Source: Hypanus sabinus
Taxonomy: Eukaryota
Reading direction: 5' to 3'
DNA: 64,000 nucleotides
NCBI RefSeq assembly: GCF_030144855.1
Contig: NC_082736.1
Span: forward strand, 9,920,001-9,984,000
Below the pieces are notes generated by a model. That model was not told where the DNA came from. It did no database searches and saw only the letters and a program-made list of their open reading frames with translations. Positions within the stretch are counted from its first letter, which is position 1, and each line of letters opens with the position of its first letter. Positions 1 to 12,450 of the stretch are shown here, piece after piece. The translations under genes were made by a program, and so were the position numbers.

Positions 1-340
1 ATCAGAACCTTTAATACTCTGCGTCTAGACTGACATCTGCATCATTTATTATTATATTGAAATTTGTCCTCTGCTGTGACTACTGTCTTATTTATTAATT
101 GTACTACCCTGCACTGTTTAGTGCCCTTTATGTAGTCCTGTGTAGGTCTGTAGTCTAGTGTAGATCTTGTGTTCTCTTACATAGTATAGTGTGGCCTTGT
201 GTTGTCTCACTTAGTCTGGTGTATTTCTGTCCTGTTTCATGAAGCACCATGGTCCTGGAGGAACGTTATTTCGTTTATACTATGTACTTTTATACTATGT
301 AGTTTCTGGTCGAAATGACAATAAAAAGCGACTTGACATG
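1..340 (+). mobile_element. 3' tail of a Rex1/Babar-like LINE (partial)
   Basis: Ends in ACAATAAAAAGCGACTTGAC; the start resembles the sequence following the Rex1-like RT at 63910-64000. Confidence 0.5.
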
Positions 341-1492
341 GCTTGCTGATAGAAGGCATGTATCGATTAGACAGCTCGAACATTTTTCTTCGGGTGGACT
401 GGCGGGAAAGAGAGGTGGGCGGTGTAATTTTCAGGTCATTGAAGGAATGCATAGCAGTGGGGGATGCCATAGGCTCTTTTTTCACTCTCAGAAAATGAAT
501 AGAATACACAGCTAGGGGTAGTGTTAGAAGCAGATACATTAGGAACATTTAAGTGACATTCCCCAGGAAGGGGGTGATTCAAAACACGAGGGCATTGGTT
601 TGACAACAGAGCTGAGAGGTTTTAAAGTTTTAAATTTTGAAAGATTATAAATTTTTTTGTATAAGGACTGGAGATGGAATTTTTGAATGCGTCCAGCAGA
701 GCGTTCTGTGCCAGTACATAAATTGTCTCCCTGGATGTTGGACAGAAGGTGGAGTAAAGTGGAAGTGGATGAGCACTTTGGAACTCGTCAGCAGAGAACA
801 CGGGATGTTTCAAATTTGTTCCGAGTAGGGATATGTTTAGTCTGGAAATAAAGGCCATGTCATTAATTTCATTATCATAGACAGGATCTGGGAAGTATGG
901 ATCGACAGAAGCTATAGTACTGTACCTCGAAAAAGTATTTAGCCCATAATCCTTCATTTATGGGTTTCGGCTCCACTGTGGGAATCGGCCTCTCCTCTTC
1001 CTGCCCACGGAACAGTAAGTGTCTGTCGGCGCCTCACCGCACCGGCTCTCTGCCTCAGGTACAATATTTAAACCATATTTGCACAGTTACATGGATAGGA
1101 AAGGATGAGAGGGACACGGGCCGAATGCAGGCGGATGGGACGAGTTCAGGTCGACAACTTGGTCGGCGTGGATGAGTTTTACCGAAGGGACGGTTTCAGT
1201 TCTGTATAAATCACTGACTATTCTGGGCCGTTCAACCAGGACAGGATGTGCACAGTGAATGACAGGTTCCTGAGAAGGTTTAATGAATAGAGACTTTGTG
1301 GGTTTCAGCCCCCACACCTCCTCTGGCAGCTGATTTAGGATAGCAGCTATTCTCCGTGTGAAATATGTACCCTTCAGATCCCCTTTAAATCTGTCCTTAA
1401 TCAGCTTTGTACAATTCTAATGAGAGGCAGTTCTTTGGCTGACAAGACAAGTACAACACACAACCCTGTCTCTCTGTGATGCCACATGCAGG

Positions 1493-1618
1493 TCAATGTG
1501 GTCATCAGCTTGGAGGCTACCCAGCCGGTATAAAAGGTGCTGTTCCTCCAACATGAGTTTGGATTCAATTTGATAATAGAGGAGAACATGGATAGACATA
1601 TCCGAATGGGAATGGGAC
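1493..1618 (-). mobile_element. Penelope-like element fragment (GIY-YIG C-terminal region)
   Basis: Minus-strand translation SHSHSDMSIHVLLYYQ..LEEQHLLYRLGSLQ matches the Penelope-type endonuclease tail at 35482-35808. Confidence 0.7.
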
Positions 1619-1622
1619 GTGT

Positions 1623-1837
1623 TGTGGCGACCCATTTCCTAGCGTATCCGAACCAACTCACAATTAGATAGCCTACGGGGGTTTGCGAGCACAGAGCTTT
1701 GGAGCCTCTGCGCCATGGGGGGCCGGTTGACAGAGGCTTAAAAGTGAGGCTGAAGTTTTCGAATAAAGTATTTTCCTTCGACTGCAGTTACCGACTTCGT
1801 GTCGTAATTTTAGCGCTGCGTGTAGCACACCGCTACA
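1623..1837 (+). repeat. 5' LTR
   Basis: TGTGGCGACC...CCGCTACA, contains AATAAA; 4 substitutions relative to the 3' LTR by eye. Confidence 0.97.
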
Positions 1838-1839
1838 AT

Positions 1840-1853
1840 TGGTGACCCCGACG
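1840..1853 (+). promoter_or_regulatory. Primer-binding site, tRNA-Trp
   Basis: TGGTGACCCCGACG 2 nt after the LTR; same as the first 14 nt of the known tRNA-Trp PBS TGGTGACCCCGACGTGAT. Confidence 0.9.
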
Positions 1854-1877
1854 GTCCAAACGATTTTTGGACCAGAA

Positions 1878-2546
1878 ATGACCGACGCCGCCTCTGTTCA
1901 TGCGGTTTCGTTGAAACTGCCAGGTTTCTGGACACAGCGCCCGGACCTATGGTTCCAGCAAGCCGAAGCCCAATTCCACGTTCGCCAGATCACCTCAGAA
2001 GACACCCGCTACTACTACGTGGTGAGCTCCCTCGACCAGGACACAGCGGCCCAGGTCGCGGAGTTCGTACAGTCGCCCCCGGCAGACGGCAAGTACACGG
2101 AATTCAAAGCCCTGAACCTCAGGACTTTCGGACTCTCACGGCGCAAGCGGGATGGCTTGGGCGACAGACCTCCATCGGCTTTAATGAATGAGATGTTGTC
2201 TCTCGCCGACGAACACACACCCTGCCTCATGTTTGAGCAGGCATTCCTGGAGCAGCTGCCCGAGGACATCCGCCTGCTGCTGTCCGACGCGGATTTCAGT
2301 GACCCCCGGAAGGTGGCAGCCCGGGCGGACTTGCTGTGGAACGCCAAAAAGGTGAGCGGAGCGTCCATCGCACGGATCTCCCAGCCCCGCTCCCGGCAGC
2401 AAACCAGTCCAGGCCCGGCCGCAGAGCCCGCTAACCACCGGCCCAATGAACACTGGTGCTTCTACCACCAGCGGTGGGGTGCAGAAGCCCGCCGTTGTCG
2501 CCCGCCCTGCAAGTTCCCGGGAAACGCCAGGGCCAGCCGCCGCTGA
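1878..2546 (+). CDS. gag: Gag-like protein of the Gypsy element (probably with a small internal deletion)
   Basis: ATG at 1878; KLPGFWTQRPDLWFQQAEAQF N-terminal motif; C-x2-H-x9-C-x3-C knuckle CFYHQRWGAEARRCRPPC. Confidence 0.85.
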   Translation: MTDAASVHAVSLKLPGFWTQRPDLWFQQAEAQFHVRQITSEDTRYYYVVSSLDQDTAAQVAEFVQSPPADGKYTEFKALNLRTFGLSRRKRDGLGDRPPSALMNEMLSLADEHTPCLMFEQAFLEQLPEDIRLLLSDADFSDPRKVAARADLLWNAKKVSGASIARISQPRSRQQTSPGPAAEPANHRPNEHWCFYHQRWGAEARRCRPPCKFPGNARASRR

Positions 2547-2576
2547 TGGCTACGGCGGCTGGCCATCGGGATAGCC
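2519..2576 (+). promoter_or_regulatory. Predicted -1 ribosomal frameshift signal (G GGA AAC plus stem/pseudoknot)
   Basis: Slippery heptamer in gag register, 5-nt spacer, perfect 12-bp stem GGCCAGCCGCCG/CGGCGGCTGGCC; pol begins in the -1 frame. Confidence 0.8.
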
Positions 2577-5500
2577 TCCTGTATGTGTGGGATAGAAGGT
2601 CGGGACGCCGGTTTTTGTTCGATACTGGGGCTGAGATCAGCGTTTTACCTCCGACGAGTTACGACAGCCGCAGCAGGGCACCGGGTCCCCCCCGAGGGCC
2701 GTGAATGGCAGCACCGTAAGGACCTATGGCACCCGCCAGGTGCAGCTACAGTTCGGCTCCAGCCAGTTCACGTGGGACTTCACACTGGCCGCCGTAGCCC
2801 AACCGCTTCTGGTTGCGGATTTTTTGCGGGCTCACAGCCTGCTGGTCGACCTGCCCAGGAAGAGACTGGTACACGCCGAGACCTTTCAGACGTTCTCCCT
2901 GGGTGCAGCCCAGTTGCCGGCCCCTCACCTCGGCTCCATCACGCTGTCCGACAACGACTTAACCAGGGTCCTGGCGGAGTTCCCATCGGTTCTGGCACCG
3001 CAGTTCACAGCAGCCATGCCCAGGCACGGCGTACAGCACCACATCCCGACCCAGGGACCACCCCTCCATGCCCGTGCTCGGCGGCTTCCCCCGGACAAGC
3101 TCCGACTGGCGAAGGAGGAGTTCCAGAGGATGGAGGAATTGGGGATCATCCGGCAGTCCGACAGCCCATGGGCCTCCCCCCTGCACATGGTGCCCAAAGC
3201 GACGGGGGGCTGGAGACCGTGCGGCGACTACCGCAGGCTGAACGAGGCTACCACACCGGACCGCTACCCTGTGCCGCACATTCAGGACTTTGCGGCAAAC
3301 CTGCACGGCGCACGGATCTTCTCCAAGGTAGATCTCGTCCGGGGATACCATCAAATCCCGATGCATCCTGACGACGTCCCCAAAACGGCTCTCATCACCC
3401 CATTCGGCCTTTTCGAGTTCCTCCGCATGCCGTTCGGCCTGAAGAATGCCGCACAGACGTTCCAGCGGTTAATGGACGCGGTGGGACGGGACCTGGACTT
3501 CGCGTTCATCTATTTGGATGACATCCTCATAGCCAGCGGCAGTCGTCAGGAGCATCTGTCCCACCTCCGTCAACTCTGCGCCCGACTGAGTGAGTACGGT
3601 CTTACAATCAACCCTGCCAAATGCCAGTTCGGACTCGATACCATTGACTTCCTGGGCCACAGAATTACTAAAGACGGGGTAACCCCTCTGCCCGCTTCCC
3701 CCGACCCACCACGATCAAAGGCCTTCAGCAATTCGTAGGTATGGTCAATTTCTACCGCCGCTTCCTCCCTTCAGCTGCCCGGATCATGCGCCCCCTGTTC
3801 GCCCTGATGTCGGGTCCAATCAAGGGCATTACCTGGGACGAGGAGTCCGCCGCCGCTTTCGTTCAAACGAAGGAAGCTTTGGCGGACGCCGCAATGCTAG
3901 TACATCCCAGAATGGACACCCCTACTGCCCTCACAGTGGACGCATCCAACACGGCAGTCGGTGGGGTGCTGGAGCAGCTCATCGCAGGTCGCTGGCAACC
4001 CCTGGCGCTTTTCAGCAAACACCTGCGACCACCCGAGCTTAAGTACAGTGCTTTCGACCGGGAACTGTTGGCGCTGTACCTGGCAATCCGGCATTTCAGG
4101 TACTTCCTAGAAGGTCGGCCCTTCACCGCGTTCACGGACCACAAACCGCTTACCTTTGCGTTTACGAAAGCATCCGACCCCTGGTCATCCCGCCAGCAAC
4201 GCCACCTGTCCTACATCTCTGAATACACGACGGATGTCCGGCACGTCTCGGGTAAGGACAATGTCGTGGCGGATGCGCTCTCTCGCCCTACCGTTCATGC
4301 CCTTTCCCAAGGGGTAGACTTTGAGGCACTGGCAGAGGCGCAGCAGGCGGATGAGGAGATTCCGAGTTACAGGACCGCAGTCTCCGGTCTGCAGCTCCAG
4401 GACCTCCCCGTGGGCCCAGGTGAGAGGACCCTACTCTGTGACGTCGCCACCGGCCAGCCCCGTCCAGTCGTCCCGACAGCATGGCGGCGCCGCGTTTTCG
4501 ACTCCATTCATAACTTGGCGTAACCCTCCATCCGGACAACTGTCCGGATGGATTCCAGCAGGTTCGTTTGGCACGGACTCCGCAAACAGGTCAGTGAATG
4601 GGCCAGAACGTGCATGCACTGCCAGACGGCCAAGGTGCAGCGGCACACCAAAGCCCCACCGCAGCAGTTCCATCCCGCCCACCGGCGTTTCGACCACATT
4701 CATGTGGATATCGTGGGCCCCCTGCCAGTGTCGCGGGGAGCGCGTTACCTCCTGACTATCGTGGACCGGTTCACAAGATGGCCAGAGGCAGTCCCGCTCA
4801 CCGACACCACCTCCGAATCTTGCGCCCGAGCCCTGATCGCCACCTGGTTATCTCGCTTTGGTGTACCAGCCCACATTACCTCCGACAGAGGCGCCCAGTT
4901 CACCTCCAGCCTGTGGTCAGCTATGGCCAGCCTTTTGGGGACTCAGCTGCACCACACAACTGCCTACCACCCACAGTCGAACGGGCTAGTGGAGCGTTTC
5001 CACCGTCACCTGAAGTCGGCCCTCATGGCCTGCCTGCGAGGAGCCAACTGGGCGGACGAGCTTCCCTGGGTCCTACTCGGCATCCGCACAGCGCCCAAGG
5101 ACGACCTGCACGCCTCGTCGGCCGAATTGGTATACGGCGCGCCCCTGGTCGTCCCCGGGGAGTTCCTACCAGCCCAAGGGGGCAAGAGGAAGAACCCGCA
5201 GTAGTCCTGGGCAGACTACGCGAGAAGCTCGGTAACCTGGCCCCCATACCCACTTCACAGCATGGGCGGCACCCGACCTGCGTACCCAAAGACCTACAGA
5301 ACTGTAAGTTTGTGTTTGTACGAAGGGGCGGGCATCGGCCACCGCTGCAGCGGCCATACGAGGGGCCGTTTATGGTGCTCCGGAACAACGGGTCCACGTT
5401 CGTGCTGGACGTTGGGGGGAAGGAGGAGGTTTTCACGGTGGACCGCCTCAAACCGGCCCATGTGGACCTGGCGCAACCGGCCGAGTTTCCGGCGCCTGGG

Positions 5501-5584
5501 TGCAGAGGCCGACCTCCCAAGCAGGTTCTGGCCCAGACTGTGGACATTGGGGGGTGTATCGCCGGTTCTGGGTGGGGGGGGTTA
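2546..5584 (+). pseudogene. pol: pol polyprotein (protease, RT, RNase H, integrase), disrupted
   Basis: [11 protein letters not shown] protease; [17 protein letters not shown]; LTVDASN, FTDHKPL RNase H; HVDIVGP, SDRGAQF, NGLVERFH integrase; GPF motif. Broken by frameshifts near 2700, 3695 and 5175 and a stop at 4521-4523. Confidence 0.95.
5570..5584 (+). promoter_or_regulatory. Polypurine tract
   Basis: G-rich run GGGTGGGGGGGGTTA directly before the 3' LTR. Confidence 0.8.
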
Positions 5585-5799
5585 TGTGGCGACCCATTTC
5601 CTAGCGTATCCGAACCGACTCACAATTAGATAGCCTACGGGGGTTTGCGAGCACAGAGCTTTGGAGCCTCTGCGCCATGGGGGGCCGGTTGACAGAGGCT
5701 TAAAGGTGAGGCTGAAGTTTTCGAATAAAGTTTTTTCCTTCGACTGCAGTTACCGACTCCGTGTCGTAATTTTAGCGCTGCGTGTAGCACACCGCTACA
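5585..5799 (+). repeat. 3' LTR
   Basis: Direct repeat of 1623-1837, followed by the TSD GTGT. Confidence 0.97.
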
Positions 5800-5803
5800 G
5801 TGT

Positions 5804-6010
5804 CACCTTTCCAGCTCTTAGCTTCATCCCACCCCCTCCGGTCTTCTATCATTTTGCATTTCCCCCTACCCCCACTACTTTCAAATCTCTTACTATCTTT
5901 CCTTTTGGTTCGTCCTGACGAAGGGTCTCAGCCCGAATCATTAACAGCGCTTCTCCCTATAGATTCTGCCTGGCCTGCTGTGTTCCACCAGCATTTTCTG
6001 TGTGTTGTTG
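5804..6010 (+). mobile_element. Penelope-like 3' tail with degenerate hammerhead motif
   Basis: Pyrimidine-rich tract, CTGACGAAGGGTCTCAGCCCGAA, then a ..GCCTGGCCTGCTG..CCAGCATTTT end shared with other copies. Confidence 0.7.
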
Positions 6011-7199
6011 TTTAAAAATCGATTGTCCTGTGTTCTGAGTGTTTTTGGTAAGTCCATCCTGAAGTTCTGTGTTTTAGGTTCCCACTGAGATTTCACAGTC
6101 AGTGTTTTCTGCATGTCAATACTGACCATCAAGAATCTGTCTGTACTAACTCAGCAATTGGTCTATCTCCTACCCTGCACTGGTGATTCAAATGCTCATT
6201 CAGATGGTCCTGCACCAACCCCACAGGCAGTGTGTTCCAGATTGTAACCTCCTTCATTTTTCCAGCTGGTCCACATCCCACATCAAGATTTGCTAGCCAT
6301 CTTTGCTGTCCACCATGCCGCTAATCTTGGTGTCATCTGCAAACTTGCTGATCCAGTTTACCGCATTCTCATCCAGATCGTTCATACAGATGGAAAACAA
6401 CAATGGACCCAGCACTGGGGAGTTAAACCAGGGCAGGATGAACACAGTAATGACAGCTTCCAGGGAAGTGTTCATGAACAGAGACTTTGTGTGTATTTGC
6501 CTCCACCAGCTCCTCTGGCAGGTCATTTGGGATACCGGCTATTCTCTGTGTCAAAAATTTACCCTTCAGTTCCCCTTAAAACCACCCCCTCACCTTATAA
6601 CAATTCCCTTCAGCTTTAGGCAGCACACCACGGGAAACAGTCTCTGTCACTCTAAACCTTGTACGCCTCACATAATTTTATCCGCTTCCATCAGCTCACC
6701 CTTTCAACCTCCACCCTGTCACGTCAAAACTATTCCGTGTTGTTTCAGGATTGAGAAAATGGTTCCTTCCCTAGAAGACCCTGGGGACTGAATAGTTTCT
6801 GCCTACGCATTCCTGGAAGAAGTCCCATTGATCCATGAAACCTGCACTCTGCCCTCTGCACCAGCTCCTCAGCCTCACATTCATCAGTGGTATCTGTCTA
6901 TATCTCCCTGCACTAACAAGTGTCACTGGGAGTAATATAGAGCTTACTCGTTTTGATTTTCTGTCTTATTTTTCTTAATTCACTGCACAGGACCACATCC
7001 CTCCTCCTCCCTATGTTGCTATTACCAACATGCACTGTCCACCACGATGTCCGGCTGTTCAACCTTCCCTTTGAAATGTCCTGCAGTTGCTCCTGGACCA
7101 TTGGACCATAAGACACAGGAGCAGAATTAGGCCGTTTGGCCCATCTCATCTGCTGCCCATTCTGCAAGGAGTAAGAGATCATGACAGATTATTAAACCC

Positions 7200-8690
7200 T
7201 CTGAAACACTTTTATCCGGGAATTTGTTAATTTAGCAGCAGCAGTTCAATGCAGTACATGATAATATGGAAATGTTACAGTATGTGTGTATATATGGATA
7301 TGTATATGTATATTAAGTAGATTAAAATAGAGCAAAGCTGAAATAATATATAAATAATATATATAGAATACATCTACAGCAGATTTTGGGTGTTTTAAAG
7401 TGACAAACCAAATATCTGCAAACTCCTGATGAAATACATCTGCTGTCTTGCCTTCTTTATACTGTAGCTGCATCAATAGATCCTCAAAGATATTGACACC
7501 CAGGAACTTGAAATTGTTCACTGTCCACTTCTGATCCCTCTATGAGGATTGGTTCATGTTCCCTCTTCTTACCCTTCCTTCAATCAGCTGTTTTCTCTTA
7601 CTGACATTGAGCACAAGGTTGTTGCTGCGACACCACTCATCTAACTGGTATATCCCATTCCTGTATGTCCAATCATCTCCATCTGAGATTCTGCCAACAA
7701 TGGTTGTATGAGGCATATTTATAGATTGCATTTGAGCTATACTTAGTCACATAGTCATGGGTATAGAGGGAGGAGAGCAGTTGGCTAACGGCACATTCTT
7801 GAGGTGCATCAGGGCCAGTGTTGTTCCTCAGCGAAGAGGAGATATTTGAATTTGAATTGACTTTATTTTTTGCATCTTTCACGTACATGAGGAGTAAAAA
7901 TCTACGTTATGTCTCCATCTAAATGTGCAATGTGCAATCATAGTAATTTGTACTAATTGATAATAAATAGTACAGTCAATGTACATAGAGGTTCCCTCAA
8001 ATCAGCGTGAGTTAATCAGTCTGATAGCCTGGTGGAAGGAGCTGTCCAGCAGCCTGTTGGTCGTCTTTTATGCAGCATTACTGTTTCCTGGCTGATTGCT
8101 GCTGGAGTAGATTGTGTTTGAAGTGACTTGGGTCCACAATGATCCTTCGGGCCCTTTTCTCACACTGGTCTTTGTAAATGTCCTGAGTCATGGGAAGTTC
8201 ACAACTACAGATGCGCTGGGCTGTCCACGACACACTCTGCAGACTCCTGCGATTAAGGGAGGTACGGTTCCCATACTAGCCAGTGATGCAGCCAGTGGGG
8301 ATGCTCCCAATTGTGCCCCTGTAGAAAGGATTTGGGGGCCCATAGCAAACTTCCTCAGTCATCTGAAGTGAAAGAGGCGCTGTTGTACCTTTTCCACCAA
8401 TCAGCAGATACGTACAGACCACGTGAGATCTTCGGGTATGTTGCTGCAGAGAAACTTAAAGCTGTTTACCCTCTCAACTCCAGATCCATTGATGCCAATA
8501 GGGGTTAGCCCATCTCCATTAATCCACACAATCTGTGTGGATTATCACCAAACCACACAGATTGTGGTTTCCTGGTTAGGAGGTCGAGGATCCAATTGCA
8601 GAGGGACTAGGTTCTGCAGCTTATTGATCAAGACTGTGGGAATGATGGTGATAAACGCTGAGCCCTGGTCAGTGAACAACATCCTGACAT
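7200..8690 (-). mobile_element. Rex1/Babar-like LINE fragments (degenerate)
   Basis: Minus-strand remnants FKFLGVNI.EDL, WCRSNNLVLNVSK and LYTHD resemble the RT at 62750-64000. Confidence 0.65.
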
Positions 8691-8699
8691 AGGCAGCAC

Positions 8700-11600
8700 A
8701 AATTCACTACCCTTTACTCAGGAAATTGCTCCTTATCTTTGCTATAATGGTATGTCCTAGTATTTTGAGGTTGTGCCCTGTGGTCCCAGACTGCCCCACT
8801 ATCGGAAATACCCTCCTCACTCCATTCCAGACCTTTCAATATTTGATCGGTTTCAATGAGATTCCCTGATTCTTCTAAAGTCCAAGAGTACAGGCCCAAA
8901 GCCATCAAACAATCCTTGTTCATTAACCCTTTTATTGCGAGGATCATTTTTGTGAAACTCCTCTAGACCCTGTCCTATGTGAGCATGTAGTTTTTTAGAT
9001 AAGTGCCCAAAACTGTTCACAATACTCCAAGTGTGATCGGACCAATGCCTTATAAAGTCTGAGCTGATCCATCCTTAAATATCTTTTCCAATAATATCCC
9101 TCCCACTAACGTAAGAGTCACCAGGGTACAGTTTCCTTTTTTGTCCCTATTGCAGTTCTTATAATGAGGAAGAATATTTATCATTTTCCACTCTTCTGCA
9201 ACCTGCCCTGTAACTACAGGAGCATCAGTTTTAAGTTTTGTTAAATTTTTGTCCTTATTTTATCCCTCAAGCATCAGGTTTTTGAATCAAAGTTCAAAGT
9301 AAACTTATTATCAAAGTACGTATACATTCTACAACTTTGAGGTTTGTTTCAAACAGGTTGCCACAAAACAAAGAAAACCAAAAGAACCCACGAATAAAAT
9401 AAGACCATCAAACACCCAATGTGCAGAAAGACAGACAAATCCTGCAAACAATAAGCACATGCAAATTCTGTAGCGTTTTGAACTGAAATGCACAAAGACA
9501 GTCTGTGCACGGATGCTTAGTTCAGTGCAGAGTGGAGAAACGAGCCATGAACAATCATGAGTCTATCAAGCTCTACCTTAAATACACCCAAGGACGTGGC
9601 CTCCACAGCTGCCTGTGGTTATAAATTGAACTAATTCAGCACACTCTGGCTAAAGAATTTCTCCGCATTTCTGTTTTAAATGGACACCCCTCTATCCTGA
9701 GGTTGTGCATTTTAGTCCTAGACTCCTCCAACATAGGAAATATCCTTTCCACATCTACTCAGTCCAGGCCTTTCAACATTTAAAATGATATTCCCCCCCA
9801 TCCATCGAAATTCCAGTGAGTACAGACCCAAAGCTATCAAATGTTCCTCATATGATAACTGTTTCTTTCCCAGAATCATCCTTGTGAGCCACTTCTGGAA
9901 CCTTTCCAATACCAGCACATCTTTTCTTAGATGAGGAGCCCAAAACTCTTCACAATCCTCAAGGTGAGGCCTCACCAATGCCTTAAAAAAGTCTCAGCAT
10001 CACATCCCTGCTCTTGTATTCTAACCGCTTGATGTGAATGCTAACATTGCTTTTGCCTTCCTCACCTCTGACTCTACCTGCAAGTTAGCTTTAAGTTGGT
10101 CTGCACAAAGACTCCCAAGTCTCTTTGCGTCTCAGGTTTTTGGATTTCTCCCTATTTGGAAAATAGTCTGTACGTTTATTTCTACTACTAAAGTGCACAA
10201 CCATGCATTTTCCAGCAATGTATTTCATTTGCCATTGTCTTGCCAATTCTCCTAACCTGTCAAAGTACTTCCAGAACCTACCTGTTTCCTGAACAGTACC
10301 TGCCTTCTTGTCATCTGCAAACTTGCAACAAAGCCATCTATTCTATTTTTTAATTCATTGATATATAGCATAAAAAGAAATGTTCCCAACACCGACCGCT
10401 GCGGAGCATCACTTTTCACTGGCAGACAACCAGAGAGGACCCTTTTATTCCCTCTTGCTGCCTTCTACCAATCAGCCAATGCTGTAACCACGCCAATAAC
10501 TTTCCTGTTATACCATGGGCTATTAACTTTGTAAGCAGCCTCATGTGTGGCACCTTGTTAAAGGCCTTTCGAAAGTCCAAATATATGACAGGAGCTGCAT
10601 TCCCGTTATCCATCCTGCGTGCAATCTCAAAGAATTCCAACAGATTCATCAGGCAATATTTCCCCTTAAGGAAACCATGCTGACTTTGTCTTTTGTTGTC
10701 CTGTGTTTCCAATACTTTATAACCTCGTCCTTAACAATTAACTCCAACATCTTCCCAACCAGTTAGGTCAGGCTGACTGGTCTATAATTTCCTTTCAGCT
10801 GCCTTCCTCCTTTCTTAAAGAGTGGAGTGACATTTGCAATTTTCCAATCCCCTAGCACCATGCCAGTTTTGAAAGATCATTACTAATGGCACCATAATCT
10901 CTACCATTAACTCTGCAAGAACCCTAGGGTGCAGTTCATCTGTTCCGGGTGACTTGTATACCCTCAGGGCTTTCAGCTTTTTGAGCACCTTTCCCTTATA
11001 ATAATAATAACTGCTGTCCCTTCTCTCCCCTCACACCCTTCAACATCTGGCACACGACTAGTATCTTCCACTGATGGAAAATACTCATTTAGTTCATTTG
11101 CCATCTCCTCCCCCCCCCCCAGCCTCAACACATTATTATTTATCTGGCCTAATCTACTAGCAGTCCAATATCCAGTCTCATCTCTCCGTTATGTTTTACA
11201 TACTTGAAAAATCTTAAACTATCCACTTTGATAATATTTGCTAGCTTGCTTGCATATTTAATCTTTATCCTCTTTAGGTTGCTCTCTGTAAGCTGTCAGA
11301 AGCTTCCCAATCCTCTGTATTCTGATTTTTTTTTCATTGTTTTGTGCCCTCCCTTTTATTTTTACATTAGCTTTGACTTCCTTGTCAGCCACAGTTGTAC
11401 TATTTTGCCATTTGAGTATTTGTTTCTGGAATACATTTATCCTGCACCTCCCTCATTTTTCTCAGGAACTCTCACCATTGCTGCTCTGCTGCCATCTCTA
11501 CCAGCATCTTCTTCCAATTTCCTTTAGCCAACTCCTCTATCATACCACTGTTACTACCTTTACTCCACTGAAACACTGCTATGTCAGACTGTACTCTCTC

Positions 11601-12450
11601 CCTATCCAATTTCAAGTTGTACTCGACGATACTGTGATCACTGCCTCCTAAGGGTTCTTTTACTTTAGGTTCCCTAATTGCCTCCTGTTCATTAAATAAT
11701 ACATTATCCAGAATAGCTGATTCCCTCGTAGGCTCAATGACAAACTGCTCTGAAGAGCCATCTCTTGGGCATTCAACAAACTCACTCTCGAGATCTATTT
11801 CCAATCTGATTTTCCCAGTTGACCTGGATGTTGAAATCTCCCATGAAATTTCCAATAACATTGCCCGTTTGACATGCCTTTTCTATTTCCTGTTGTAATC
11901 TGTGGTCCACATCCAAACAAATGTTGACGGCCTGTTTATAACTGCATCAACGTCTTTTCACACTTGCAGTTTTTTTAACTCTCCGCAAAATGATTCAACA
12001 TCTTCCGATCCTGTGGCACATCTTTCTACTGATTTGATACCATTCTTTACCAGCAGAGCCATGCCATCCCCTATGCCTACCTTCCTGCCCCTCTGATTTG
12101 TCTAACTTGGGCATTTAGCTCCAAACTATAAATATTTTTCAGCCATGATTCCGTGATGATCACATTATACATGACAATCCATAACAGGGCAATAAGATTA
12201 TCCACCTTATTTCTTATAATTTGTGCATTGAAGTATAACACTTCAAGTATTGGATTTGCCACCCTTATTGATTCTGCATTCCTCTGCTGGATGCAGTTAT
12301 GTCCTATTATCTGCTCACTCTTCCTGACAGCGTGACTGCATGCTATCTTTTCTTTCTTTACCATCTGTCCTATCCTGAGTCCTTTCAGGCCAGTTCTAAT
12401 GCCCCTGTCAAATTAGTTTATACCCTCCCCAACAGCTCTAACAAACCAGC
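8700..12450 (-). mobile_element. CR1 LINE fragments (endonuclease, RT and 3' region), degenerate
   Basis: Minus ORFs VRPHLEDCEEFWAPHLRKD, SQHGFLKGK..DFRKAFNKVPH, EPLGGSDH, YFNAQIIRNK..ITESWL. Confidence 0.85.

Larger units (their letters stand above)
1623..5799 (+). mobile_element. Ty3/Gypsy LTR retrotransposon, CsRn1-like clade; both LTRs present, coding region defective
   Basis: Two 215-bp TG..CA LTRs, 4-bp TSD GTGT (1619-1622 and 5800-5803), PBS, polypurine tract, gag with CHCC motif, and pol in PR-RT-RH-IN order. Confidence 0.97.

Noticed and set aside
2583-5633. Long alternative-frame and antisense ORFs over the Gypsy element (e.g. 2583-3371, 5023-5547)
   Set aside because: Expected shadows of GC-rich pol sequence; only the 3' part of 4598-5629 is real (the frameshifted integrase C-terminus)
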